Of a stretch of DNA of 64,000 nt, positions 27,749-37,641 are shown one piece after another. Below the pieces are notes generated by a model. It saw nothing but the letters and a program-made list of their open reading frames with translations, did not search any database and was not told the origin of the DNA. A program made the position numbers and the translations under genes. Numbering within the stretch: the stretch's first letter is position 1; every line of letters starts with the position of its first letter. This stretch comes from Bacillota bacterium. GTDB taxonomy: Bacteria > Bacillota > Clostridia > Acetivibrionales > DTU013. The stretch lies in the NCBI GenBank assembly GCA_023435305.1, contig JAEYRV010000027.1, positions 59,114-123,113 of the forward strand, read 5' to 3'.

Positions 27749-29899
27749 ATGGGACTTACCAGCCAATCTACCGGTACCAGTGTGTTGGGCAGTGAACTAA
27801 GAATTGAACGCACATCAGCCAGTGACAGAGTCATCGCCCTCGCAGGAAATCCTAATGTGGGAAAAAGCACGGTTTTCAACAGCTTGACAGGCCTGAACCA
27901 GCACACGGGCAACTGGCCGGGTAAAACTGTCACCAATGCCCAGGGTAAATACAGGCACAAGGACACGAATTTCATTATGGTAGACATCCCCGGTACCTAT
28001 TCCCTTATGGCAAACTCTGCAGAAGAAGAGGTTGCAAGAGATTTTATATGCTTCGGTAAGCCTGACGCTGCAGTTGTGGTAACCGATGCCACCTGCCTGG
28101 AAAGGAATCTGAATCTTGTCCTTCAGACTTTGGAAATCACAGATAAGGTCGTTATATGCGTCAACCTGATCGATGAGGCAAACAGAAAGAATATCTCAAT
28201 AAACTGTGAAAGGCTTGCCCGGCTGCTTGGAGTGCCCGTAGTCCCAACGGACGCCAGAAGAGGAAAGGGTCTTGAAGAACTCATGGATGCTGTTTATGCA
28301 GTCGCCTGTAAGCACACATCTGCAATACCCGTGTGCATTACATATGATGATATCATTGAACAGGCAGTAAAAATAATTCAGCCAAGAATATATGAATTGG
28401 CAGACAGAAAAATCAACAGCCGATGGGCAGCACTGAAGCTATTAGATGGAGATCCTTCACTATTGAGTTCATTGGATAAATATCTGGGCTTTAGTCTTCA
28501 AGAGGATTCTTTACTTGAAGACCTGCTTGGCACCGCTGAAAAACTTCTAGCCGATAATGGTATACAGACTGGCCAAATACGCGACAGGACTGTATCAAGG
28601 CTCGTTCACACAGCTGAGGATATAAGCAGAGATACTGTCACCTTCCATAACAATCAGTACAATCGTATGGACCGGAAGATCGACAGTATCGTTACCTCAA
28701 GGATCCTGGGAATACCAATCATGCTGTGCCTGCTGGCAGCAATCTTCTGGCTGACTATGGCAGGTGCAAACGTCCCATCTGCTATCATAGCAGATTTCCT
28801 TTTCGGTATTGAAACCAAACTGACTGAGTTGTTTATATCGGCGGGATCACCCGAATGGCTCCATGGTGCATTGGTGCTTGGCATGTACAGGACTCTGGCA
28901 TGGGTGATCTCTGTCATGCTGCCTCCCATGGCCATATTCTTCCCTTTGTTTACCCTGCTTGAGGATTTGGGTTACCTGCCCAGGATCGCTTTTAATCTGG
29001 ATAATTTTTTCAAGAAAGCCTGTGCTCACGGCAAGCAGGCTTTGACCATGTGCATGGGCTTTGGCTGCAATGCAGCGGGAGTTATTGGCTGCAGGATCAT
29101 TGAGTCTCCGAGGGAAAGGCTGATCGCCATACTCACAAATGTCTTTGTGCCCTGTAATGGACGTTTTCCTACATTGATCGCTATCGGTACTGTTTTCATA
29201 GGCGGAACCGCGGGCGGCGCCTTCCGGTCATTGACCTCCACCCTTGCCCTCACTGGGATCGTGATTCTGGGGATCCTTATGACTTTATTGGTATCCAGGA
29301 TACTCTCTAAAACCATATTGAAAGGACTACCCTCCTCCTTCACACTGGAGCTGCCTCCATACCGCAAACCGCAAATCGGCAGGATCATTGTCCGCTCGAT
29401 CCTTGACAGAACGCTGTTTGTATTGGGCCGGGCAGTCGCCATCGCAGCACCGGCGGGTCTGGTGATCTGGCTCATGGCAAATATTTCGGTTGGCGAAGTC
29501 AGTCTGTTGACTTACTGTGCAAATTTTCTCGACCCCTTTGCCAAACTGCTGGGACTGGACGGGTATATCCTGATGGCCTTTATCCTGGGCCTGCCTGCCA
29601 ATGAGATCGTCATTCCCATAATCATCATGAGCTACATGGCCTCCGGCTCCATACTCGAACTGAATGAACTTGAGGACTTAAGGCTTCTTCTTGTATCACA
29701 TGGCTGGACCTGGCTGACCGGTGTGTGCGTAATGCTCTTCTCACTCATGCACTTCCCTTGCGGCACGACTTTATGGACGATCCGTAAAGAAACACAAAGT
29801 ATGAAATGGACGCTTGCTTCTTTTGCAATACCAACTGCAGCAGGAATCATAATATGCTTTGTTGTTGCTAATGTGGTACGTCTGCTCGGATTGGTATAG
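27749..29899 (+). CDS. feoB: ferrous iron transport protein B
   Basis: An N-terminal G domain (GNPNVGKST, DIPGTYS) plus a polytopic membrane domain. The RBS is AGGAGG. Confidence 0.95.
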   Translation: MGLTSQSTGTSVLGSELRIERTSASDRVIALAGNPNVGKSTVFNSLTGLNQHTGNWPGKTVTNAQGKYRHKDTNFIMVDIPGTYSLMANSAEEEVARDFICFGKPDAAVVVTDATCLERNLNLVLQTLEITDKVVICVNLIDEANRKNISINCERLARLLGVPVVPTDARRGKGLEELMDAVYAVACKHTSAIPVCITYDDIIEQAVKIIQPRIYELADRKINSRWAALKLLDGDPSLLSSLDKYLGFSLQEDSLLEDLLGTAEKLLADNGIQTGQIRDRTVSRLVHTAEDISRDTVTFHNNQYNRMDRKIDSIVTSRILGIPIMLCLLAAIFWLTMAGANVPSAIIADFLFGIETKLTELFISAGSPEWLHGALVLGMYRTLAWVISVMLPPMAIFFPLFTLLEDLGYLPRIAFNLDNFFKKACAHGKQALTMCMGFGCNAAGVIGCRIIESPRERLIAILTNVFVPCNGRFPTLIAIGTVFIGGTAGGAFRSLTSTLALTGIVILGILMTLLVSRILSKTILKGLPSSFTLELPPYRKPQIGRIIVRSILDRTLFVLGRAVAIAAPAGLVIWLMANISVGEVSLLTYCANFLDPFAKLLGLDGYILMAFILGLPANEIVIPIIIMSYMASGSILELNELEDLRLLLVSHGWTWLTGVCVMLFSLMHFPCGTTLWTIRKETQSMKWTLASFAIPTAAGIIICFVVANVVRLLGLV

Positions 29900-30045
29900 A
29901 TTCCGCCAAGCTATCCTTGCACTGTTGCCTGTTCATTTTCTCCTTATTGAAATTTTTCAATTACTATTGAAAAACATCCCAATGTATGCTTTAATTGATG
30001 ATAATTTGTCCTGGTTTTACAAATTTCATTAAGTGAGGGCACATA

Positions 30046-31134
30046 ATGAGACAGAAGATTTTATGCTTAATTGTGTTATTTGCGCTAGTACTGGCGTTTA
30101 CAGGCTGTGGCGGCAGCAAAACGGTATCTCCTGAAAATCAGGCTGCCGGATCCGATGTGAAAACAGAAGATAATACAGGGTCAGATAACACCGATACTGC
30201 ATCAACAGGCGAAACAGATATCACCACAGTTGACCAGAATGAATCAGGGGACGTTCAACAGAACGATCAACAAAGCAATGCTGATACTCTTGTCAGTGAA
30301 GACTTTTTAATGCAGATAGAAGACGTCTTTTCCATAACAGGCAGAGGTACGGTAGCAACAGGCCTGATCCTGTCAGGTCAGGTATCTACTGGTGCCGAAG
30401 TCGAGCTGGTCGGTTTGTCCGACAGCCCAAAAAATGTTGTTATCGGCGGTATCGAGTCCTTCAGAAAGATGTTGGACACTGCAATAGCCGGTGATAATGT
30501 CGGCATAATGATAAATGAAATTGACAAAGCTGATGTCCAAAGAGGACAAGTACTGGCTGCCAAAGGTTCGATCTCTGCACACAATACATTTTCAGCAGAT
30601 ATCGTTTTTACAGAAAAGCAGGCTGATGCTTTCTTCAGCCGGGGCGGTTTCGACGGGCTAAGCTATTTCTTTACCACAGATTCAAACACTGTTTACTATT
30701 TTGGACAGACACTGCCTGATGAAAACGGCAAGCTGTCCGTAACAGCACAAATGCTTGCCAAGCTCCCTATGAATGAAGGCACCGAATTTAGAGTCAAACG
30801 CGACGGAAAAACAATAGCTTCAGGTGTAGTGACAGGTGTTGATGTAGAAATCACAGCTGTACCCGGTTTTGAAAATATCAGTATACCCGACAGCGAAACA
30901 CAGTCTGCTGCTGACGACGACGCTACAAATTGCAGTATCAAGCTTTTGAACTATGGTACTCAAAAAGTACAGGTCATCAAGATAATTCGCGAGGTAACCG
31001 GGCTGGATCTGAAGGAAGCCAAAGCCCTTGCTGATTATACACCTTCGATCATCAAAGAAAACATAACTCTGGAAGAAGCCCAGAGCATAAAATCAAAGCT
31101 GGAGGAAGCCGGAGCAGCTGCCGAAATCATATGA
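30046..31134 (+). CDS. lipoprotein fusing EF-Tu domains II-III to a ribosomal L7/L12 C-terminal domain (no G domain)
   Basis: The lipobox is LAFTG|C (Cys21), followed by an acidic linker at aa 22-85. Residues 86-265 align with EF-Tu domains II/III (IEDVFSITGRGTVATG, AGDNVGIMI...VQRGQVLA, TEFRVKRDGKTIASGVVTGV). Residues 296-362 match the L7/L12 CTD (KVQVIKIIREVTGLDLKEAKALAD...KLEEAGAAAEI). Confidence 0.8.
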   Translation: MRQKILCLIVLFALVLAFTGCGGSKTVSPENQAAGSDVKTEDNTGSDNTDTASTGETDITTVDQNESGDVQQNDQQSNADTLVSEDFLMQIEDVFSITGRGTVATGLILSGQVSTGAEVELVGLSDSPKNVVIGGIESFRKMLDTAIAGDNVGIMINEIDKADVQRGQVLAAKGSISAHNTFSADIVFTEKQADAFFSRGGFDGLSYFFTTDSNTVYYFGQTLPDENGKLSVTAQMLAKLPMNEGTEFRVKRDGKTIASGVVTGVDVEITAVPGFENISIPDSETQSAADDDATNCSIKLLNYGTQKVQVIKIIREVTGLDLKEAKALADYTPSIIKENITLEEAQSIKSKLEEAGAAAEII

Positions 31135-31265
31135 TAGAGTAAATACTCTGGCAACTCGTCCTGTCATCGCCACATCGAGAAATATTGCCGAAAAAGAAGC
31201 TGTTGCTCAAATTTCGCAGGTCTAGGGGTAAAATCACTATGATTTTATAGAATATTATCAATAAT

Positions 31266-31306
31266 CGGGTCACATAATGCGCTATTGAATAAATTATGTT
31301 GACCCG
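31266..31306. terminator. long imperfect hairpin between convergent genes (possible factor-independent terminator)
   Basis: CGGGTCACATAAT, a 14-nt loop, then ATTATGTTGACCCG. No clear U-tract is present on either strand. Confidence 0.35.
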
Positions 31307-31350
31307 TATTGCTATAAATCATCCCATTACTTATAAAATTTGAGCATCCG

Positions 31351-32142
31351 TCAAAAAAATACCTCAATGAAATGGGCTATGCCGTCATCGTCGTTTGAAA
31401 GCGTTACATAACCAGCTTTCTTCTTCAGTTCTTCCGGCGCGTTTCCCATAGCAACTCCAAGGCCGGCATATTCTATCATTGACAGGTCATTGAAGCCATC
31501 GCCTATGGCAACCATTTCTTCACGGCGAATGCCAAAATGCTCCCCTATCTTTTCCATAGCGACAGCCTTGGAAACTTTACTATTAAAGAACTCAAGGAAT
31601 GTCGGCTTGGACGTGCAATAAGTCACACCTTCGCTCAGCTTATCCGCCAGAACCTCCTGAAAGTGCCGGATCCTATCTGCATCGTCATACCACAAAAATT
31701 TAGTAACACCATTATTGACCAACTCTTCTTCATCTGTGATCAAAATCGGCTCGACCAATGATAATTTTTTATAATCATGTACTCTATCATTTAGTTCATT
31801 AGCATACAGCTTGTTGTCCGACCAGGCGATTACCGTTGTCCCGAGCTTTTTTCCCCACACCAGTATATCTCTCGCATCACTGGGATCAAGATCCTGCTTG
31901 TACAAAATCTCGCGTGACCTTCCCATTACTGTCATAGCGCCATTGTAGGTTATGACAGGTGAATTGGTATCTAATACGTCATAATACCGCTCAACACCCT
32001 GTATCGGCCTGCCGGTGCAAATCGTAAACAAAACCCCTTTTTCCACCACCTTGTGGATAGCGGCAATCGTCTTCTCTGTGATTTTGCCCTGGCTATTCAA
32101 CAATGTGCCATCCATATCTACAGCAATCAATCTGTATTTCAT
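31351..32142 (-). CDS. Cof-type HAD-IIB family hydrolase
   Basis: IAVDMDGTLL (the DxD motif) and GDGFNDLSM support the call. The RBS is AAGGAGAG. Confidence 0.85.
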   Translation of the reverse strand: MKYRLIAVDMDGTLLNSQGKITEKTIAAIHKVVEKGVLFTICTGRPIQGVERYYDVLDTNSPVITYNGAMTVMGRSREILYKQDLDPSDARDILVWGKKLGTTVIAWSDNKLYANELNDRVHDYKKLSLVEPILITDEEELVNNGVTKFLWYDDADRIRHFQEVLADKLSEGVTYCTSKPTFLEFFNSKVSKAVAMEKIGEHFGIRREEMVAIGDGFNDLSMIEYAGLGVAMGNAPEELKKKAGYVTLSNDDDGIAHFIEVFF

Positions 32143-32186
32143 CTGCTCTCCTTATCGGCTCTGTCATTATCTATTGTCTGGTGGCC

Positions 32187-35100
32187 TCATACCCTTATAT
32201 AATCGATTTCGAAATACTCCTCATTCAATTTCGTATTCGTTGAAAAATTCGTTAGTTGTTTCATGAACTCATCTTCAGAACCAATATGCTTTTTGAGCCT
32301 GAAGCAGGCAGCACAATTCCTCCCGTTCTCTTTTGCGCGGTATAATGCATAATCGGCAATATTTATCATCTGCTCAAGGCTGAAAAGTATAGGATTATCT
32401 GCGTCCAGAGGTATCTGCGCATATCCCAGCGAGCAGGTCTTATATATTGTCTTGTCCTCATAAACCGTCATTGGTGTTTCACTTATCGTTCTCAAAACCT
32501 TTTTCGGAAATTCTCCCAGATATTCCGGCTTTGTATTGTTCAATATGATGAGGAATTCTTCTCCGCCCCATCGGATGACGAAATCACCGTCTCTGACTAT
32601 CTGTTTGAGAAGCTTTGATATCTCTACCAAAACATTATCTCCAGCTGAATGGCCATAAGTATCATTTACCTCTTTGAAATAATCGATGTCGATAAGAAAT
32701 ACTCCAATAACGTTATCTTTTATTGACAGATTCCTCTTCTCAGTATTTTCAACTATCCTTCTTTTACTCTGAACAAATTGAGATATTATGTCATATACGA
32801 ACTCAAAGGTATACCTTCGGTTGTAAAGGTCGGTCAACGGATCATGAAGTGACAGCTCTTTAAGCTTTTCATTGGCACTGTTGAGCTGGATCGTTCTTTC
32901 TCTGACCATATCCTCCATGTTTTCATAAAGCCTGGCATTCTCAATTGAGATCGAAGCCTGCGAAGACATGATTTTCAGTATCTCAAGTCTTTCCGATGTA
33001 AATACGCTGTCGGACAGGTTATTCTCCAGATAAACAACACCCTTCAGGCGATTTTGATAGATGACCGGCATGCACAATAATGATTTGATCTGATTATCCA
33101 TGATATAAGAGTTGTTCTGGTATTTTATGTCCATACAGGCATTGTGGATAACTATAGTTTCCATTGTCCTTGTCACATACTGCACGATTTCAGGACAAAG
33201 GACCCCACTTTCCGCAAAGGGAAGTGACTGCATGACCTGAAGCCTGTTGGAGACCACATCCTGCATCGCCTCTATATAGAACCGGTCGTCGGCTTCATTC
33301 TTCAGCAGCAGGCAGCCCCGCTGAGCGCCTGCGTTTTCAATCATTGTCCTGATCAATATCGTCAATAGCTTGTCGATTTTTATTTCGCTGGAGATGGCCT
33401 GAGTAGATTTCAAAATTGAATTTACATCGATAAATTCACAGAATGAAGCAGAATATGTTCCCTTTATTCCACGTACAGCTTCATCGCTCATAAAATAGTG
33501 AGAATACTGCCTTTCCAGCAGCACTGCCTTCCGATAGGCTCCCCATTGCCTGTAAAGATACTTCGCTTCCCTGATATATGCTTTTCCAATGGTTTCATCT
33601 CCCGCCTCCAGCCAGAACTTCCCGTACGATTCATTGATCAGCGCCCTGTACTGGACGAAATCATTGTTCCCTATGGAGTCCAGCGCCTTTTTAAAGAAAT
33701 CGACGACAGTATCCAGCGGTTCATTATTAATGACCGCAATTTCTGCAGAAAGCAGATAGTATTTATGTGCGAAATTATCCGGGCAATTTTCTGACCAAAT
33801 CCTCAATTTTTGTTGAATATCAACAAGAGATGCTTTTATTTGCGTCTTTTCTTCATCCGATGCTTTTTTCCATTTGTATACGAGTATGAGACCACGGAAC
33901 AAATAGTGATCCGGGATGGGATAATCGGACAGCCCGGCGAAAACTATCCTCTCGGCCAGATCATTCCATCTCCCGGCAGCTTCCATGTTGCCTGTGATAA
34001 TATTCTCATAGGTATTGTATTGATAGAATCTGCACAGGAAGGACAGATCCCTGGTACTTTCTATAGTCGCCAGCATTTCCCGGTCTTCTTTATCGAAGTC
34101 GGTTCCGTCCTCATTTACGGGGACTGTCTGGAGCTTTTTGATAATATAATTGATGATTTGGGTCAAAAACAGCGGCATGGCTGTTTTAGCCCTGCTGAGG
34201 ATCTCTATGGTACTTTCCGCTTCCTGTTTCAGCTCTGTCAGGTTTTTTCCGACCCAAAGCAATAAGTGTACCTTGTGTGACAAAGCGTAGGCAGCATGTT
34301 GGATATCACCTGTTTCAAGGCCTTTGCTGTAGGCCATGTCATAGTATTTGAGGCTTTCAGCATAATGTGCCTTCCAGTAGGAGCAGAATGTGAACCCGAA
34401 GTAAACTGCAGGTTTCAACGATTCGGCATTGAATTTATTGATTATTGAAAATGCCGCCTCACCGAGCCTGTAGCTGGTATTGTAATCCTTGAGCATCGAA
34501 CCCATAACTATACCGCAGTCAGTAAAGCATTTGCTCGACAGCGGCGATGTTCCATATGTACAGGTCATTTCAAACATCATCAGCGAAGCCAGGATATATA
34601 ATGACGGATTGGTCTGAAGTGCCGGAGGGACCACTTGGTAAAGCAGCTGCATGACCATTGCTTTATCCGGAGCGTTCATTACAGGAAGCTCCACAAGCTC
34701 TTCAACAGGTGTTTGTGCCAGAAAGGCCTGCATTTTGCCAATGCCCTCCTGTATTTTCAGGCCGATCTCCTGCTCATTTTCAGGCAGGGATACGCCAAAT
34801 AATGATAAGCTTCGGCGTATTTCATCAATCGCTTCGAAAAGTCTGCCCTGAAACTCAAGAATCTGAACTTTAACATTGGAGACAGCACCCTTGTTGATGT
34901 TGGTAACAGCCAATTGCGACAAATGTCCGCAAAGCTCGTCAGCCTTGACTAATTCTCCGGATAACAAGGCGGAGGCCGCAAGCTCCAATTCCAGCGGGAA
35001 CAGCCTGCCGGGCTCGCTGCTCCATTCTTCCTCCGTCAATTGGTATACCGCGGTTTCAAAATATTTCATGGCCGCTGAAAAAGCGCCTGATTTCTTTGCT

Positions 35101-37400
35101 TTATTACCAGCCATGGCATTCAGATCGGATAATTCGACACGTTCATCCTTCTCATTGACCAGAGCTCTGCCGATATTCAGGTGATTCACCAGGTCAAAAA
35201 GCGAGTCCGCCCTGTTTGTTTCCCGTAAGGTTATTTTGAAAGCCTTCAGATATTCGCGTCCTATCAATAAATGGATTTCCGATTGTTCGTTTTCGGACAT
35301 CAGGGACTGTACAGCCTGCCGGATCCGGTCATGAGCAAAGCAAAGCTTTACATCCAGATCCTGCGAGAGGTCTATGCCCTTCTGAGCTTTTATCAGGCGG
35401 TAATCATTATTTAGGGGCAGAATGATCTCATCTTCAATAGCGATCCATATATCCTTACCCAGCACCTCATACGATTTCTTACTTACTTTCGCGAGCATTG
35501 ACAGATCAAACTGATTTCCGATGCAGGCAGCGAGCTTAAGCACAGTCAGGGTACCTTCCGGGAGTGATTCAAGAGAACTTACCAGAAGCTCCACTACATT
35601 GTCAGTGATTTCGACAGTTTTCATCCTTTCAAGATCATAATCCCATTGTCCTCTTTCCGACCTGAAGGTGAAATATCCCCGGGAATAAAACGTGTTCAGC
35701 AGCTTATCAATGAAAAATGGATTACCCTTTGTCTTGGACAAAACAAGCTCGGTAAGTGGTTCAGTTTCCCTCTGGCTGCTATGCAGCGTATCTGATATCA
35801 GGCGGTTCACAGCATTTGGCTTCAATGGTTCAAGGCTTATCTGACGGCATGGCGTGTCAAATCCCTGATAATTGTTTTCCAGGTCTTTAATAAGCTGCAG
35901 CAGCGGATGTCCATCCCGCACCTCATTGTTCCTGTAAGCCCCTAATAAGTAAACATGCTTTACGTTACCCGCTCCCAGGATATACTTGATCAGTTCCAGT
36001 GTAGAAACATCACTCCAATGAAGATCATCAAGAAAGATCACCAACGGATGCTCTTGTGCTGCAATAGCCCTGACAAATTCAAGAAAGACAAGCTGGAAGC
36101 GATTCTGAGCTTCAAGGGGATTAAGCTCGGACACCCCGGGCTGAGGTCCGATGATCTGTTCCAGCTCGGGAATGATATCCGTAATGACCTGCCCATTGCT
36201 TCCAAGGGCTTCATCCAGGCGTTTTCTCCAATTATCCAGACTGCTTTGTGTTTCGGAAAGCAGTTGCTTTATCAGGTCCCGAATCGCCTGGATCATACCG
36301 TAATATGGAATATTTCGTTCCAGATGGTTACACTTCCCGGATGTATAGTATCCTTTTTTATACATCACGGGCTTGCGTATCTCCTGGATCAATGAGGATT
36401 TTCCGATCCCTGAAAAACCACTGACTAAAAGAAGCCTGCAATGACCTTCCGCAGCTTTTTCAAAGTCTTCGGCCATGATCCGCATCTCATCTTCGCGGCC
36501 GTATAGCTTGTGTGGGATCTCAAATCTGTTGACGATATCTTCCTCACCGGGTTTGAAGTTTCTGACTTCCTTCGGTTTTACAATCATTTGGCGGCAGTAC
36601 TCGAGATCTTTTTTTACTCCAAATGCCGATTGATATCTTTCCTCAACCGTCTTAGAGAGCATTTTCATAATGATTCCCGACAGAGGATCCGGGATCTCGG
36701 GACATATGTCTTTTGGAGGAATTGGTGTTTTAGCTATATGTCCATATACGATCTCCGATTCATCCTCACCTGAGAAAGGCAGCTGACCGGTGAATAACTC
36801 ATAAAGGGTAACTCCCAGTGAATAAATATCGGTTCTGTAATCGACCGGCCTGTTAACTCTGCCGGTTTGTTCAGGAGAAATATAAAACAAGTTTCCTTCC
36901 GGATTGCTCATATCGATACTTTGAGATGATTCTCTGAATAACTCGGCAGAGATGCCAAAATCAATCAATTTGACCTGACCGGTACTCTGATCCCAGATGA
37001 AGTTTGTCGGATTTATGTCCTTATGAATGATGTTCTGTTCATGTATTTGGATCAATGAGTTTGTCATTTGTATCGCCAGGGACAATCCGTCGTAAATACC
37101 TGTCTTAACGGATCCCAACGTCCTGGCAACGGATTCTCCTTCTATATCCTCCATTATGATGGCAAGGCTCTTATTGTACTTTTCGATGGAGTAGGCCTTT
37201 ATTATCCCGTCGCCTGTCAGCTTGTTCATAATTTCATATTCCCGCATAAAGGCGGACAATTCCCTGGATGTCGGGTATTCTCTGTTTAGAAGTTTTACTA
37301 TGACCGGGCATTTATCAGAATCACGGGTTCCGCGATATATAGCTGAATTGTCGCATTTATAGATTTCTTCATTGATATTGAAACCAGTCAGATGTATCAT
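32187..37400 (-). CDS. 1737-aa Ser/Thr protein kinase / STAND (AAA_16) NTPase / helical repeat / GAF / GGDEF diguanylate cyclase
   Basis: Kinase motifs are VIVK, HKDINPTN, DFG and SPE (aa 1-275). Walker A is GFSGIGKSS (aa 328-336) and Walker B is VIFLDDLHW. The GAF domain spans aa ~1323-1492 (nt ~32925-33434). The GGDEF domain spans aa ~1516-1700, with an RDGD I-site and GGEEF at nt 32553-32567. Confidence 0.9.
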   Translation of the reverse strand: MIHLTGFNINEEIYKCDNSAIYRGTRDSDKCPVIVKLLNREYPTSRELSAFMREYEIMNKLTGDGIIKAYSIEKYNKSLAIIMEDIEGESVARTLGSVKTGIYDGLSLAIQMTNSLIQIHEQNIIHKDINPTNFIWDQSTGQVKLIDFGISAELFRESSQSIDMSNPEGNLFYISPEQTGRVNRPVDYRTDIYSLGVTLYELFTGQLPFSGEDESEIVYGHIAKTPIPPKDICPEIPDPLSGIIMKMLSKTVEERYQSAFGVKKDLEYCRQMIVKPKEVRNFKPGEEDIVNRFEIPHKLYGREDEMRIMAEDFEKAAEGHCRLLLVSGFSGIGKSSLIQEIRKPVMYKKGYYTSGKCNHLERNIPYYGMIQAIRDLIKQLLSETQSSLDNWRKRLDEALGSNGQVITDIIPELEQIIGPQPGVSELNPLEAQNRFQLVFLEFVRAIAAQEHPLVIFLDDLHWSDVSTLELIKYILGAGNVKHVYLLGAYRNNEVRDGHPLLQLIKDLENNYQGFDTPCRQISLEPLKPNAVNRLISDTLHSSQRETEPLTELVLSKTKGNPFFIDKLLNTFYSRGYFTFRSERGQWDYDLERMKTVEITDNVVELLVSSLESLPEGTLTVLKLAACIGNQFDLSMLAKVSKKSYEVLGKDIWIAIEDEIILPLNNDYRLIKAQKGIDLSQDLDVKLCFAHDRIRQAVQSLMSENEQSEIHLLIGREYLKAFKITLRETNRADSLFDLVNHLNIGRALVNEKDERVELSDLNAMAGNKAKKSGAFSAAMKYFETAVYQLTEEEWSSEPGRLFPLELELAASALLSGELVKADELCGHLSQLAVTNINKGAVSNVKVQILEFQGRLFEAIDEIRRSLSLFGVSLPENEQEIGLKIQEGIGKMQAFLAQTPVEELVELPVMNAPDKAMVMQLLYQVVPPALQTNPSLYILASLMMFEMTCTYGTSPLSSKCFTDCGIVMGSMLKDYNTSYRLGEAAFSIINKFNAESLKPAVYFGFTFCSYWKAHYAESLKYYDMAYSKGLETGDIQHAAYALSHKVHLLLWVGKNLTELKQEAESTIEILSRAKTAMPLFLTQIINYIIKKLQTVPVNEDGTDFDKEDREMLATIESTRDLSFLCRFYQYNTYENIITGNMEAAGRWNDLAERIVFAGLSDYPIPDHYLFRGLILVYKWKKASDEEKTQIKASLVDIQQKLRIWSENCPDNFAHKYYLLSAEIAVINNEPLDTVVDFFKKALDSIGNNDFVQYRALINESYGKFWLEAGDETIGKAYIREAKYLYRQWGAYRKAVLLERQYSHYFMSDEAVRGIKGTYSASFCEFIDVNSILKSTQAISSEIKIDKLLTILIRTMIENAGAQRGCLLLKNEADDRFYIEAMQDVVSNRLQVMQSLPFAESGVLCPEIVQYVTRTMETIVIHNACMDIKYQNNSYIMDNQIKSLLCMPVIYQNRLKGVVYLENNLSDSVFTSERLEILKIMSSQASISIENARLYENMEDMVRERTIQLNSANEKLKELSLHDPLTDLYNRRYTFEFVYDIISQFVQSKRRIVENTEKRNLSIKDNVIGVFLIDIDYFKEVNDTYGHSAGDNVLVEISKLLKQIVRDGDFVIRWGGEEFLIILNNTKPEYLGEFPKKVLRTISETPMTVYEDKTIYKTCSLGYAQIPLDADNPILFSLEQMINIADYALYRAKENGRNCAACFRLKKHIGSEDEFMKQLTNFSTNTKLNEEYFEIDYIRV

Positions 37401-37641
37401 ATCAGCCTCCCTATTGACTTAAAACGAATCTGGAAAAAAGCATCGCCTCTATAATTATTACCATCATAATTGTATATTGAATCGACAAATGGTTTTTTCA
37501 ACCAGATAATTTAGTATTTTGTCGATAGAATGTCTATCTTGGTGGAGGCTGAATATAACCCCTTTCAATGAAATGGTCCAGATACCTGAATATAAGCTCA
37601 CTGCAAACGGGTGTACAGGATATCTCCTCATTGGCAATCAG

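Noticed and set aside
29990-30020. Possible Fur box (TTGATGATAATTTGTC) between feoB and the lipoprotein gene.
   Set aside because: Only one TGATAAT half-site matches, and there is no 7-1-7 inverted repeat. It is too weak to call by eye.
30046-31134. The possibility that the EF-Tu-like ORF is a degraded tuf pseudogene.
   Set aside because: The frame is uninterrupted from a lipoprotein signal peptide through the linker, domains II-III and an L12 CTD. There is no remnant of a G domain upstream in any frame, and the ORF has its own RBS.
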